Of a stretch of 64,000 nt of DNA, positions 8,501 through 18,149 are shown piece after piece (the stretch's first letter is position 1; every line of letters begins with the position of its first letter). The position numbers and the translations under genes are program-made. Origin of the DNA: a virus. The DNA is taken from the IMG/VR virus record IMGVR_UViG_3300007863_000001, positions 1-64,000 of that record. One strand, given 5' to 3'. The notes beneath the pieces are model-generated. The model was not told where the DNA came from. It did not search any database and saw only the letters and a program-made list of their open reading frames with translations.

Positions 8501-11500
8501 TTGGTATTACTACAACTGGATACTCTAGTGTCTCTGAGACTGTAAAGTATCAAAATTATAGCAATAGAGTTTATGTAGGATTTTCTTCAATTGGATCAGG
8601 TGTTCATACCTTAAAATATCCACCCATAAGAGTTGAAGTAGAATCACTTTCTGGTATTGGATTAACAGTAATTTCTCCTGTATTTGAACCATTGGTTACT
8701 GGAAGTATTGAAAGTGTCTTCTTAGAGGATTCTGGAGTTGGATATGGTGTATCTGATATCTTTAATTTTCATAGAAGACCAACTGTTGTATTTAAAAATA
8801 TTGAATCCAAAGCTTTACTACGTCCCATTGTGGTGGATGGTTCAATTGTAGATGTCCAGTTCTTATCTTTTGGACGAGGATACAATGAAGGTATTGATAT
8901 TGTAGTTTCTGGTGATGGAAGTTTTGCTGATTTACGTCCAGTTGTTGAAAATGGTAGAATAGTAGACGTTACTATTTCAAATGGTGGTATTGGATACAAC
9001 CAAAATAATACCGAAATAACTATAGAAGAAAGAGGCAGGGATGCAAAATTTATTGCTAATGTAAATCAATGGAAAATAAATCAGGTAGTTAGAAATAAAA
9101 ACATATTAAACACTCCAGATGAAGGTGTTCTTGCACCAAGTACTAATACTAACTTAGGTGTAAGACTTATAAATTTCAATACACCAAAAATACTTAGAAA
9201 ATCACTTGGAGACCATATTGATGAAATATCAAATAGAGAGGTCTTATCAAATACACACTCACCAATTGTTGGATGGGCATATGATGGAAATCCAATTTAT
9301 GGTCCTTATGGAAAAGTAGGAAATCAGATTAAAAAGATAGATTCTAGTTATGAAACAAGAATTGAAAATAATACACAATTGAGACCAAATTTTCCAGAAG
9401 GATTTTTCATTCAAGACTATTATTACGATAGAGCTCTTGGTGATTTAGATGAATATAATGGAAGATTTTGTACTACTCCCGAATATCCAGATGGAATTTA
9501 TGCATATTTTTCAACAATTGATAGTAAAACACTATCATCACCAACTTACCCTTACATAATTGGGGAAAATTTTAAAGATTATATCATTGAAGAAAACTCT
9601 ATTCCATCATTTACTCATGATACTCAATTAGATAAATTAGATTTAATTAGAAATATTAGTCCATACTACATTAACTCAACATTTTCAAGATATCCACTGA
9701 TTTCAAACGTTGATAAAAAATATAAACAGGAATTTACAGTAACTACTACTTTATCTTCTGGAGTAGACTCTATTGATATTTTTTCACCTGGTGAAGGATA
9801 TAAAATTGGTGACAATATTATTTTTGACAATAAAGGTACAGGTGGAACAGGATTATCTGCAGAAGTATCAAGAATTAAAGGTAAAGAGTTAACTGAATTT
9901 GAAACTACAGTTGCTACATTTACTGATGTAAACTTTTCAACCAGAGGATCTACAGTTGTTGGAATTGCACAAACACCACATAACTTAGTTACTGGTGATA
10001 AAATTGTTATCTCTGAAATTTCGGATACAAATTATCAATACTTATCTGGTATAAAAGAAATCCTCGTACCACAAAAATCTGTTGGTATCGCTAGTACTGT
10101 TCCTGAAATTGGGATTACTGGATTAACAGTAACACTTTATGTTAAGGATATTGGAACATTTTTAGTTGATGATTATATTAAGATAGAAAATGAAACCCTT
10201 AAAATTATTGATATAATCCCTGAAGCATCTCAAATCATAGCTAATAGACTATCATCTACATCACAACATCTTGTAGGTACTGAGGTAAAACTTTTACCGA
10301 CAAGATTATATTTTAATGAAAAAGAGATTGATAGAAGAATTGCTCCAAACAATACTGTATATTTTAGTGCAAAAACTTTAATTGGTTTTGGTACACAAGC
10401 AAATAACTACAATTTATATAATAATCAAAACATAAATGTTCCATCAAGAGCAATTTATGTAAAGAATCATAATTTCCGTACAGGTCAAAAAGTAGATTAC
10501 AATGTTGGATTTGGTGGTACTAGTATAAATGTTTCATCTGAATCAAATGTATCTAATTTATTCCCACTACAGCAAGGTCTTATATCAGTAATCAATCTTG
10601 GTAGAGATTTTATTGGAATAACTACAAACATTTCTGGTATAGGAACTGGTTTAGAGTCACTGTACATATGGGATGACGTTTCTGTAACAGGTTCTGCACA
10701 CTCTTTTACTACTGTATATGATAATGTTACAGGAGTAGTTGAAAATTATAATTTAGAAATAACTACAGTTGAAAACCATGGGTTATCTGATGGTGATAAA
10801 GTTAAATTTAGTTTGATACCAGATGCTATAGATACATTTGCATTAAGATATGATACAAATTTAAGAAAAGTTACTACGGACATTCTTGATTTTGATGTTA
10901 ATGTTGCAGTTTCTGTAACTACATCAGAGGTTTATTTACCAAATAATACATATGAAACTGGAGATAAACTTGTTTACTATAAGGAAGTAGATGCTAATTC
11001 CTCACCAAACACTGGAATCGGTGGTCTGTCTGATGGTGAAACCTATTATGTATTAAGAGAAAAGAGAGATTATATAAAACTTTCAGAATCTCTAAAGAAT
11101 TCCACAGATGGTTCTTTTATAAACATATCATCCCAAGGTACTGGTATTCAAGGATTTGCATTAATTAATCCACCATTATATGCAACCAAGGGCAATAAAA
11201 TAAGATTCGATTTATCAGATACTTCTCTATCTGGTATGGATTTGGTGGTTTACAAAGATAGTAAATTACTTATCGAACTGGAAACGTATCGTTATAAAAG
11301 AAATAGTATTGAGGCTGGTTCTGACGATGCCAAGTTAGATATTATCACCACTGAGGACTACATTGGAAATACACTTTATTATAGTTTAATACCATTATCA
11401 CCAAGTGTTTCCGAAAAATATCAAATATCTTCAGATGATGAAGTGAATGGAAACAATCAACTTGTCATCAACGCAAGTGTTCTAACTCAAGAGTACCCAA

Positions 11501-13431
11501 TTGTATCAATAGCTAATACTTCATTTAGATTCAACTTATTGAGAAAACCAGAAAGTATTACTTATAATTCATCAAGTGGAATTAACACTGTATTTTATGA
11601 TACAAATTCAGTAAATGCAAGTGGTCCAATATCTAAAGTTAGAATTAACTTTGAAGGTAGAGGGTATAAGAAAGTACCTAAAGTAGATAGTATAGACACA
11701 GTTGGTGGTAGTAGTGCAATATTAAAAGCCACATCGTCCACTGTAGGTAAAATTGATAATCTAGAAAGAGTAAAAGATGGTTTTGATTATCCAACTGATC
11801 CAACTCTGAAACCAGTATTGAGTGTTCCTACAGTATGCCAAATAAAGGACATCTTTAGTGTAGGTTCTATTGGAATTGTAACTGGTGGAAATAATTACAA
11901 TGTTCCACCTACTTTAAAAGTTATTGGAAATGATGAAATAGAACTTGAAGCAAATATACAAGGTGGTTCTGTCGTAGATGTAATTATTGAGCAAAACGTT
12001 AAAAATTTATCTGGACCATTAAAAGTAGTACCAACAAGAAACTCTAATGGATATGACATTGATGATATTATCTATAATCCATTTCAGAATACGGTAACTT
12101 TAGAATTAGTTAATGCTGATACTCAAATTTTCCCTCTTATAACCAATGCTTTTGGTGATACTGAGATTGAGTTCCCATTTGAAGTTGGTGATTCTATTTT
12201 TATAGAAAATTGTAGAATTACTGATGTTTCTCGTGGAAGAGGATTTCTTGATTATAACTCATCTAATTTTGATTTTAGATTCTTTACTGTAACTGGAATA
12301 AGCACAGTAAACTTCACTGTTACTTATAGTATGGACGGTATTGGACTGAATATGGGTGACTACAATACAGATATTAATTTTGGATATGTAATTAATAAGA
12401 AAGATATGGCAGAATTTGAAATGGTTATTTCTGATGATCTTTCTTATATTTCTGGTGAAAATGTAGTTGGATATGATTCAAATAATAAAGTAGTATTTTC
12501 TGCTGTTGTTACTGAAAATGGATGGGATAATGATATTAATCAACTAAGATTAATAGATTCAAAAGGTGAACTAGAAGTTGCAAATAAACTTTTAGGAACA
12601 AGGTCTAGATTGAATGGAACAGTTGCAAATATTAATCAGTTTAATTTAAAATCAACTCTAAATGTCACTAGCAAAAGGGTAAATGATTTTAGAGATAATG
12701 CTGGATATTTAAATGATTTCCAACAAAGAATTTCTGATAATGATTATTACCAAAAGTTTTCATATGCATTAAAATCAGAATTACCATATGATTCTTGGAG
12801 TGAATCTGTAAGATCTCTCGTTCATCCATCTGGATATAAAGAATTCTCAGATTTAGATATTGTTGAAAAAGCATCAAATTCAATGAAGATTGATGTTGGT
12901 GATTCTTCACTGAGTGTAAGTGTGAGCATTGATTCAAAAGAGTCAATGTATAATAAGTACAACTTCAGTATGGTTACGGAAGAAGACTCTCTCCCAGACG
13001 GTAGTGTTGAAAGAATATTCTTCCCAGAGGGTGTAGACCTAACCCCATTCATCTTAAGTTTAACTAATAAAGTCATATCTATTGATAATATTAGTGACCA
13101 ATTTACTGGAATTTCAAGTGATATTGGTGGAACAATAGTTGGTTTAAGTACATTTAAGTTAAAAAATAATGGAGATTCGTTATTCTATAGAGAGTTTAAC
13201 TCTTCTGATTTCAATTTAGTTTCTATTGATAATAATAAATTTTCTTTAACAAATCATAATTATCAGACAGGGCAAAGAATATTCTATGATGTTCAAGAAT
13301 CTGATATCGACCCATTAGGTTCAGCAGTTACTATAGTTGATTTAAACTATCAAGCACCAAATGTTTCTCGGAATTTTGATAGTCCAATATTCACATTTGA
13401 CACGGACCAGTTAAGTTTCGATCAAACTTAA
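5554..13431 (+). CDS. gp7: Baseplate wedge initiator gp7 (giant cyanophage form, N-terminal part), with an embedded YHYH-like segment
   Basis: N-terminal FREFL.QYY and DFYTSKGT..SY..LF; YHYH-like HSPIVGWAYDGNPIYGPYG...DLDEYNGRF at about 9250-9570; DNDYYQKFSY and LVHPSG motifs; follows gp6. Confidence 0.82.
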   Translation: MSLEINKTKVSIQNIIDAQIPSFLNEDSPLFREFLNQYYLSQEYPTGSINLADNLTELKNIETYNNELFFTAFVPSKLTSNLSAFSTTINVSHTIGFPEKYGLLRIGNEIITYRSKTSNSFIDCSRGFSGVTDVSSPVLTFTKTVSEGNELDTEVQNLNLVFYQFLFTKFKAQFLPGFENRQFVPELKIKNILSRAVDFYTSKGTEVSYQLLFNVLYNKKVSMIRPQEFILRPSDDNYFITNNILLEKVSGGDPFSIEGKTLFQNVSDSAEASASVYSVEYRPVNGKDFYEVYLDSTSLTFSFLSTNKTNISKNVLSTSDILFVDSTIGFPNQGTVLLKGKNTSNTFIELSYSGKTNTQFLNVTGLTVDVEYGDEILESNFAYSYDDDDNQIRFRIVSVIGEVEYEESSNLLVNDTITLSSFGADLGSRSEFNSWIYNIPSEHDIKEITLSADVSGNIYSVLFYENVDFYFEQEVSLRNPTDPNDIVTYGYVRKILEKDRVEIFSNQNILSKTLVKKEISLGKSENNKFDSIKNIPVAIQNSYIDTNNEFYYVSSSGVPQYEIHSEVPKVFVSANVVSGGSTDILDTDRIHKFYTGEKIYYTPTQNSGIATGVYHLTAIGSNADSRQLKLSLSKSDLFSKKYVSTIINISSDSFVKLDYENKNIENQKILKKFNLNKNSDSLKEVASRSTNNKTVGMLVNGVELYSPTLFDENIYYGKLDSIEITNAGSGYDIINPPQLMISDSTGIGATAYVNIRGKLDDVRISSAGLGYQTKPKITIVGGNGTGAAVEPNLVKRAISATFRGDGIGFNSVDNTITFQTKHNFDPGEEILYDPNSNPECLPLKANSTYFPGIINDYTIKLYETERDALTQQNEINLQGISSGTHTFTTLKVRNTITKIYIKDSGSGYSNKSIKIPSVLAFDGKTNGVNTFDDYIFATNHGFKDKDLLLYSSTQTNVGGLSSETEYVVTVLDENKFKLSSTVVGITTTGYSSVSETVKYQNYSNRVYVGFSSIGSGVHTLKYPPIRVEVESLSGIGLTVISPVFEPLVTGSIESVFLEDSGVGYGVSDIFNFHRRPTVVFKNIESKALLRPIVVDGSIVDVQFLSFGRGYNEGIDIVVSGDGSFADLRPVVENGRIVDVTISNGGIGYNQNNTEITIEERGRDAKFIANVNQWKINQVVRNKNILNTPDEGVLAPSTNTNLGVRLINFNTPKILRKSLGDHIDEISNREVLSNTHSPIVGWAYDGNPIYGPYGKVGNQIKKIDSSYETRIENNTQLRPNFPEGFFIQDYYYDRALGDLDEYNGRFCTTPEYPDGIYAYFSTIDSKTLSSPTYPYIIGENFKDYIIEENSIPSFTHDTQLDKLDLIRNISPYYINSTFSRYPLISNVDKKYKQEFTVTTTLSSGVDSIDIFSPGEGYKIGDNIIFDNKGTGGTGLSAEVSRIKGKELTEFETTVATFTDVNFSTRGSTVVGIAQTPHNLVTGDKIVISEISDTNYQYLSGIKEILVPQKSVGIASTVPEIGITGLTVTLYVKDIGTFLVDDYIKIENETLKIIDIIPEASQIIANRLSSTSQHLVGTEVKLLPTRLYFNEKEIDRRIAPNNTVYFSAKTLIGFGTQANNYNLYNNQNINVPSRAIYVKNHNFRTGQKVDYNVGFGGTSINVSSESNVSNLFPLQQGLISVINLGRDFIGITTNISGIGTGLESLYIWDDVSVTGSAHSFTTVYDNVTGVVENYNLEITTVENHGLSDGDKVKFSLIPDAIDTFALRYDTNLRKVTTDILDFDVNVAVSVTTSEVYLPNNTYETGDKLVYYKEVDANSSPNTGIGGLSDGETYYVLREKRDYIKLSESLKNSTDGSFINISSQGTGIQGFALINPPLYATKGNKIRFDLSDTSLSGMDLVVYKDSKLLIELETYRYKRNSIEAGSDDAKLDIITTEDYIGNTLYYSLIPLSPSVSEKYQISSDDEVNGNNQLVINASVLTQEYPIVSIANTSFRFNLLRKPESITYNSSSGINTVFYDTNSVNASGPISKVRINFEGRGYKKVPKVDSIDTVGGSSAILKATSSTVGKIDNLERVKDGFDYPTDPTLKPVLSVPTVCQIKDIFSVGSIGIVTGGNNYNVPPTLKVIGNDEIELEANIQGGSVVDVIIEQNVKNLSGPLKVVPTRNSNGYDIDDIIYNPFQNTVTLELVNADTQIFPLITNAFGDTEIEFPFEVGDSIFIENCRITDVSRGRGFLDYNSSNFDFRFFTVTGISTVNFTVTYSMDGIGLNMGDYNTDINFGYVINKKDMAEFEMVISDDLSYISGENVVGYDSNNKVVFSAVVTENGWDNDINQLRLIDSKGELEVANKLLGTRSRLNGTVANINQFNLKSTLNVTSKRVNDFRDNAGYLNDFQQRISDNDYYQKFSYALKSELPYDSWSESVRSLVHPSGYKEFSDLDIVEKASNSMKIDVGDSSLSVSVSIDSKESMYNKYNFSMVTEEDSLPDGSVERIFFPEGVDLTPFILSLTNKVISIDNISDQFTGISSDIGGTIVGLSTFKLKNNGDSLFYREFNSSDFNLVSIDNNKFSLTNHNYQTGQRIFYDVQESDIDPLGSAVTIVDLNYQAPNVSRNFDSPIFTFDTDQLSFDQT

Positions 13432-13433
13432 AC

Positions 13434-13441
13434 CATAAATA
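13434..13441 (+). promoter_or_regulatory. T4-type late promoter
   Basis: CATAAATA, 21 nt before the ATG at 13463. Confidence 0.6.
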
Positions 13442-13462
13442 AAAGTAAATGTGTAGTGCATA

Positions 13463-16180
13463 ATGGCGAAGCAAGCAATAGGCATAGGAAGTTTACCCAA
13501 TGATGGAGGGGGTGATAGCCTTAGAGATGGTGCTATTAAGCTCAATAGCAATTTTAGTGAAATCTATACTGCTTTAGGTGATGGAAACACCATAACAAAC
13601 TCCATTGCTTTTGCATCTGTTGCTGGGGTTTCAACCCTTTCTGATTATGCAACTAATGCAGGCATTGCTACTTTTTCAACTACTTCTGGATTTACTAGTT
13701 TCACTACAAATGCTGGTCTTTCTAGTGTTGCTGATTATGCTACTGTTGCTGGATTGGCAACAAATGCCACCTATGCAGATACATTAATCAATTCCCCAAA
13801 TATTATTGTTGGTGTTATAACAGCATCAAGATTTGTTGGAGATGCATCTTATGCCAGTGGTATAGTTACTACACTAGTTGCTGGTTCTAATGTAAATATT
13901 GAAAGAACTGGTGGAATCGCAACAGTTAGTGTTGCTGGAGGTGGAGGTGGAGGTGGATTTGGTGTTGCCTCCCAGTGGTTAGACACACTTTCTGGCATTA
14001 CCACTAGTTCCATAGTTGGTATCGGCACAACTGTACCTGATGTTTCTAGTCAATTGCATGTAAAAGGTGGCAGAATCAACGTCACTGGAGTTTCTGCTGG
14101 CAATGAAGCATTACAAATAGAGAATGGAGTAAAGATAAACTATGGTACATCTGGTGCTTCAATTTACTATGATTCAGTTGACTTAAGAATTGATACAAAT
14201 TCATCTATTAGGATGAGTGATGGTGTCAGGAACGTATTTACCGCAACTGCCGGTGGTGGATCTGAATTATTCTTTGATGGTTCCAGAAAATTCACGACCA
14301 CACAAATTGGTGGTCAGGTTGATGGAACTTTAAAAGTTGCTGGTCTTACCACCACGAATGCATTATATTCTGTAGGAGATATTACTGCTGCAGGGTTTAT
14401 CACAGCAACAACTTATTATGGTAATGGTGGTAATTTAACTGGAATTGTAACCACATTAGTTGGTGGTTCTAATGTAAATCTTACTTTAGATGGTGGTCAG
14501 GTAACAATTGACGTAAACTCTGATTCTGTTTGGAATGGAAATGCCACTGGCATTAATACTTTAGGAAATATTGGAATTGGAACTACAACTGCATCACACA
14601 AATTAACCGTTGTTGGTGAGTCTTCATTTGATGGTGCAGTAGGATTTACTAGTGATATTACACTTTCCTCAGGAAGAATTGAAGTTCCTGCATCAAGCAA
14701 TATAAAAATTGGAGCAGATATTATTGGGTCTGGGAGTTCAAGAAATATTGGTCTTGGTGATAGGGCACTCTCAACATTAAGTAGTGGTGGTGGTCATAAC
14801 ATTGCAATCGGTGATTTGTCTGGACAGACATTCTCATCTGGTCAGTATAATATTACCATTGGTGATAGATGTGGTCGTGAAATGACGACTGGTGATTATA
14901 ATGTTATTTTAGGTGGTTTTAATGGTCAGAACTCTGAATTAGATATTAGAACATCAGATAATAACATCGTATTATCTGATGGACAAGGAAATGTTCGTTA
15001 TTTTGTAGACTCAAACGGAAAAACTGGTATAAACACTACCATTACACCAGAAGCACTTAATGTTCTTGGTATTGTTTCTGCAACAGGTTTCTATGGTCAA
15101 ATAAATGCAGAGCAACTGACTGGAGTTCTTCCAATTATTGATGGTAGTAATTTAACAGGGGTTACTGCTGTTGGTTCTGGTATTGAATTGGAAAATAATG
15201 GGTCTAGTATTGGTGTTGCTGCAACAGTTAACTTTAGTTCCAATTTAGATGTTTCTCTGAGTGCAGGTACTGCTACAGTATCCGTTTCCGATTTAAGTAT
15301 CACCGATTTGAATGTAAGTGTTGCATCAACACTTGGAGTTGCTGATGCAACACAACTGACTGTTTCCGGTGTTGTAACTGCAACTACATTCAGTGGTTCG
15401 GGTACTTCACTCACTACACTTAATGCATCTGAACTAAGTTCAGGAACTATTCCTGATGCCAGATTCCCAGCAACTCTTCCAGCAGCATCTGGTGCATCAT
15501 TAACTTCACTTAATGCATCAGAACTAAGTTCAGGAACTATTCCTGATGCTAGATTCCCAGCAACATTACCAGCAGCATCTGGTACAAACTTAACTAATCT
15601 ACCATCATCACAACTAACTGGTGCTCTACCAGCAATTGACGGTTCTGCATTAACTGGCATTGTTGCATCAGGTACTGGTATTGCAATTGAAAGTAACGGA
15701 TTCCCTGTAGGGTCTGCTACCACAATTGATTTGGGAGCAGGATTATCAGTTGAGATTAGTGGTGGTATTGCTACAGTCACTGCATCAGGTGGTTCTGGTG
15801 GTTCAAGAGTAGTTGTATCTGGTACAACTACTTCTATTACAGATGAGAGTATCGGTAATATAGATATAACAGGATATAAATCTTATGCATTAATGCATGT
15901 TGGTCTATCAACCGCAGGTTGGATACGACTATATACTGATAGCACATCAAGAGCAAATGATATTAATAGAGGTCTTGGGAATGACCCAACACCTGGCAGT
16001 GGGGTGATTGCTGAAGTTGTAACTACTGGAATTTCTACAGAACAAATAGTTTCTCCATTCACAATGGGTGGTAATCTGATGGATCCAGCAAATACAACAA
16101 TATATGCATCAATTAAAAATCTTTCTGGTTCAACTCAAACTATTACAGCAAACCTAACAATTCTCCCACTGGAGGCTTAA
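13463..16180 (+). CDS. Virion fibre protein with a gp9/gp10-like N-terminal baseplate anchor
   Basis: MAKQ.IGIG..PNDG.GDSLRDG..KLN.NFSEIY anchor; Gly/Thr-rich fibre repeats. Confidence 0.75.
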   Translation: MAKQAIGIGSLPNDGGGDSLRDGAIKLNSNFSEIYTALGDGNTITNSIAFASVAGVSTLSDYATNAGIATFSTTSGFTSFTTNAGLSSVADYATVAGLATNATYADTLINSPNIIVGVITASRFVGDASYASGIVTTLVAGSNVNIERTGGIATVSVAGGGGGGGFGVASQWLDTLSGITTSSIVGIGTTVPDVSSQLHVKGGRINVTGVSAGNEALQIENGVKINYGTSGASIYYDSVDLRIDTNSSIRMSDGVRNVFTATAGGGSELFFDGSRKFTTTQIGGQVDGTLKVAGLTTTNALYSVGDITAAGFITATTYYGNGGNLTGIVTTLVGGSNVNLTLDGGQVTIDVNSDSVWNGNATGINTLGNIGIGTTTASHKLTVVGESSFDGAVGFTSDITLSSGRIEVPASSNIKIGADIIGSGSSRNIGLGDRALSTLSSGGGHNIAIGDLSGQTFSSGQYNITIGDRCGREMTTGDYNVILGGFNGQNSELDIRTSDNNIVLSDGQGNVRYFVDSNGKTGINTTITPEALNVLGIVSATGFYGQINAEQLTGVLPIIDGSNLTGVTAVGSGIELENNGSSIGVAATVNFSSNLDVSLSAGTATVSVSDLSITDLNVSVASTLGVADATQLTVSGVVTATTFSGSGTSLTTLNASELSSGTIPDARFPATLPAASGASLTSLNASELSSGTIPDARFPATLPAASGTNLTNLPSSQLTGALPAIDGSALTGIVASGTGIAIESNGFPVGSATTIDLGAGLSVEISGGIATVTASGGSGGSRVVVSGTTTSITDESIGNIDITGYKSYALMHVGLSTAGWIRLYTDSTSRANDINRGLGNDPTPGSGVIAEVVTTGISTEQIVSPFTMGGNLMDPANTTIYASIKNLSGSTQTITANLTILPLEA
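15419..15600 (+). repeat. Intragenic tandem repeat, 90-nt (30-aa) unit x2
   Basis: LNASELSSGTIPDARFPATLPAASG at 15419 and 15509 with near-identical DNA. Confidence 0.9.
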
Positions 16181-16187
16181 TTAACAA

Positions 16188-18149
16188 ATGGCAATTTCTA
16201 CACATAGAGTCACGATAAACCCTCAGGATTTATCATCATATACTAAAGAAGATGTTCTAACACAGTTAGAAGATGGAATATCATGGTTGGGATGGCATGG
16301 TGATAGTCTTAGTGGATTAGTCTGTGGAGTTACCTCATTTACTGGTGGTGGAAGTATTACAGATGAAACCGTCTTCAATTATGAAGACGTTTATCCAATT
16401 GCAACAACTGGTATTGGAACAGGTGCATCATTTTTCGTAGCAAGAGGTAAGGGAGAAGTTGGATATGTTGTTGCAAATAGACCAGGTAAAAATTATGTTC
16501 CAGGTGACACAGTAACGTTATCAGCAGAAGACATTGGTGGTTCTGCAAATGGTGCTACAGATATTACAGTAAGACTTACAATTGCTGGTGAAGCAACTGG
16601 TGGTCTTGGATATGGTATCACTCTTACTGGAACATATGAAACAGAAGGGGCAGATAGGAACGGATTTGTTACAGGTAATGATGCGACTATAACGATTAAA
16701 GAGGGTGATACTCTTACTCTTGAAAATTATATGTCAAGTAGTAGTTATGAAGTCAATATTATTCAAAGTGGAGCACACTTTAGCAAAAATTATAGACATA
16801 CTAATAGTAGTGATTATAAAGTTGGATATTATGATGGTTTAATTCATAACGTTATAGGAAATAATGATACAAGTAGCAATAGTGGTGGTATAACTAGATT
16901 CAAACCTTTACCTGGACAGAGAGGAACATACTTTGTTGTTGATAATGGCGGTGATTTCGCATCATTTACTCCAAAAATTGTAGTTCAACCAGCTACTTCT
17001 GGTATTACTACCTTTAGTTATGGTTCAACTGCATCTTACTATGCAAAGGACACTTCAGGTAGTTATCCTTGGGCTTGTTGGAGACACGTTGTCCAGGATA
17101 ACAAAAAATTTGGAGACACATATCGTGTCTTTGGTATGGTAAACTCAACTCAATATTTAACTACTTGGGCTGGTTCTGGATTTTTCCCAGCTAGTTTTAA
17201 TAGCACTGATACTAATTCATATCAGTATGGTTCTGGACATGCAAGGAATTTTAGATTAGCAGGACTAGAAAATGCTGATATATCAGCATATGATATATTC
17301 GACGAGCAGTCATCACCAGAGGATAGTATGACTGGATTTGAGTATATTAGTCAAGGAAGCAGAACTAGCACAGCATACAAAATAGATACTGGTGGATCAA
17401 CTAGTCGTCAATTAGACTTGAATATATTTAAGTCTGGTATTGACCCAAGATTTGCAGTCTTTTCATATACTAAACCAACACAATCAGCAACTAAACTAAG
17501 AGATAGAACATTTGGTACATTCTTTTTCCACAATTTTGAATCAACAATCTGGGATTATGATGATCAATTTTTGAGTGGACTTACTCATATAATACCAAGT
17601 GACGATGATAATCGTGCAGGACTTACATTTAGAACATTTTTAAATGGAACTTCCTATTACTACGGCAGTAGTAATAAGAGATATCCAGCAAAAAGAAGTG
17701 CTGAATTTGGATATTCTACAGTAGATGATAGTAACAGTAATTCACCGAGTGAGCACTATCATGATTCTTGGATAGACACGTTTTATCAGACAAATACTGA
17801 TAATGAAACTGTAAACCCTGGAACTGTAAAAATTTACTATAGAGATTCAACGGCAAGAGGTAGATCATATACAAATCAGAGTGGATATGCCATTAATAGA
17901 TTATCAAGTGACTTAGATTTCAATGCTGTAATTAAAGGAATACCTTTAAATGCAAGAATCATGCCTGTTCCATATTACATACCTGATGATTTTGTTTTAA
18001 TTGATTTTTACTACAATGTATCAGGTGTAAACATTCAGCAGGGAGATACAATTTCAATTAGTGGTTCTGAGCAGTATACAGTTATTCAGGGTTCATATCG
18101 TCAAACTGGTGGAACATATGGTGTTCTGTTCTGCGGAAGGGTTGTGTAA
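16188..18149 (+). CDS. Putative virion structural protein
   Basis: Long ORF in the late cluster; G.GASF.V / PG.NY..GD.VT repeat shared with the baseplate proteins; its stop overlaps the next start. Confidence 0.65.
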   Translation: MAISTHRVTINPQDLSSYTKEDVLTQLEDGISWLGWHGDSLSGLVCGVTSFTGGGSITDETVFNYEDVYPIATTGIGTGASFFVARGKGEVGYVVANRPGKNYVPGDTVTLSAEDIGGSANGATDITVRLTIAGEATGGLGYGITLTGTYETEGADRNGFVTGNDATITIKEGDTLTLENYMSSSSYEVNIIQSGAHFSKNYRHTNSSDYKVGYYDGLIHNVIGNNDTSSNSGGITRFKPLPGQRGTYFVVDNGGDFASFTPKIVVQPATSGITTFSYGSTASYYAKDTSGSYPWACWRHVVQDNKKFGDTYRVFGMVNSTQYLTTWAGSGFFPASFNSTDTNSYQYGSGHARNFRLAGLENADISAYDIFDEQSSPEDSMTGFEYISQGSRTSTAYKIDTGGSTSRQLDLNIFKSGIDPRFAVFSYTKPTQSATKLRDRTFGTFFFHNFESTIWDYDDQFLSGLTHIIPSDDDNRAGLTFRTFLNGTSYYYGSSNKRYPAKRSAEFGYSTVDDSNSNSPSEHYHDSWIDTFYQTNTDNETVNPGTVKIYYRDSTARGRSYTNQSGYAINRLSSDLDFNAVIKGIPLNARIMPVPYYIPDDFVLIDFYYNVSGVNIQQGDTISISGSEQYTVIQGSYRQTGGTYGVLFCGRVV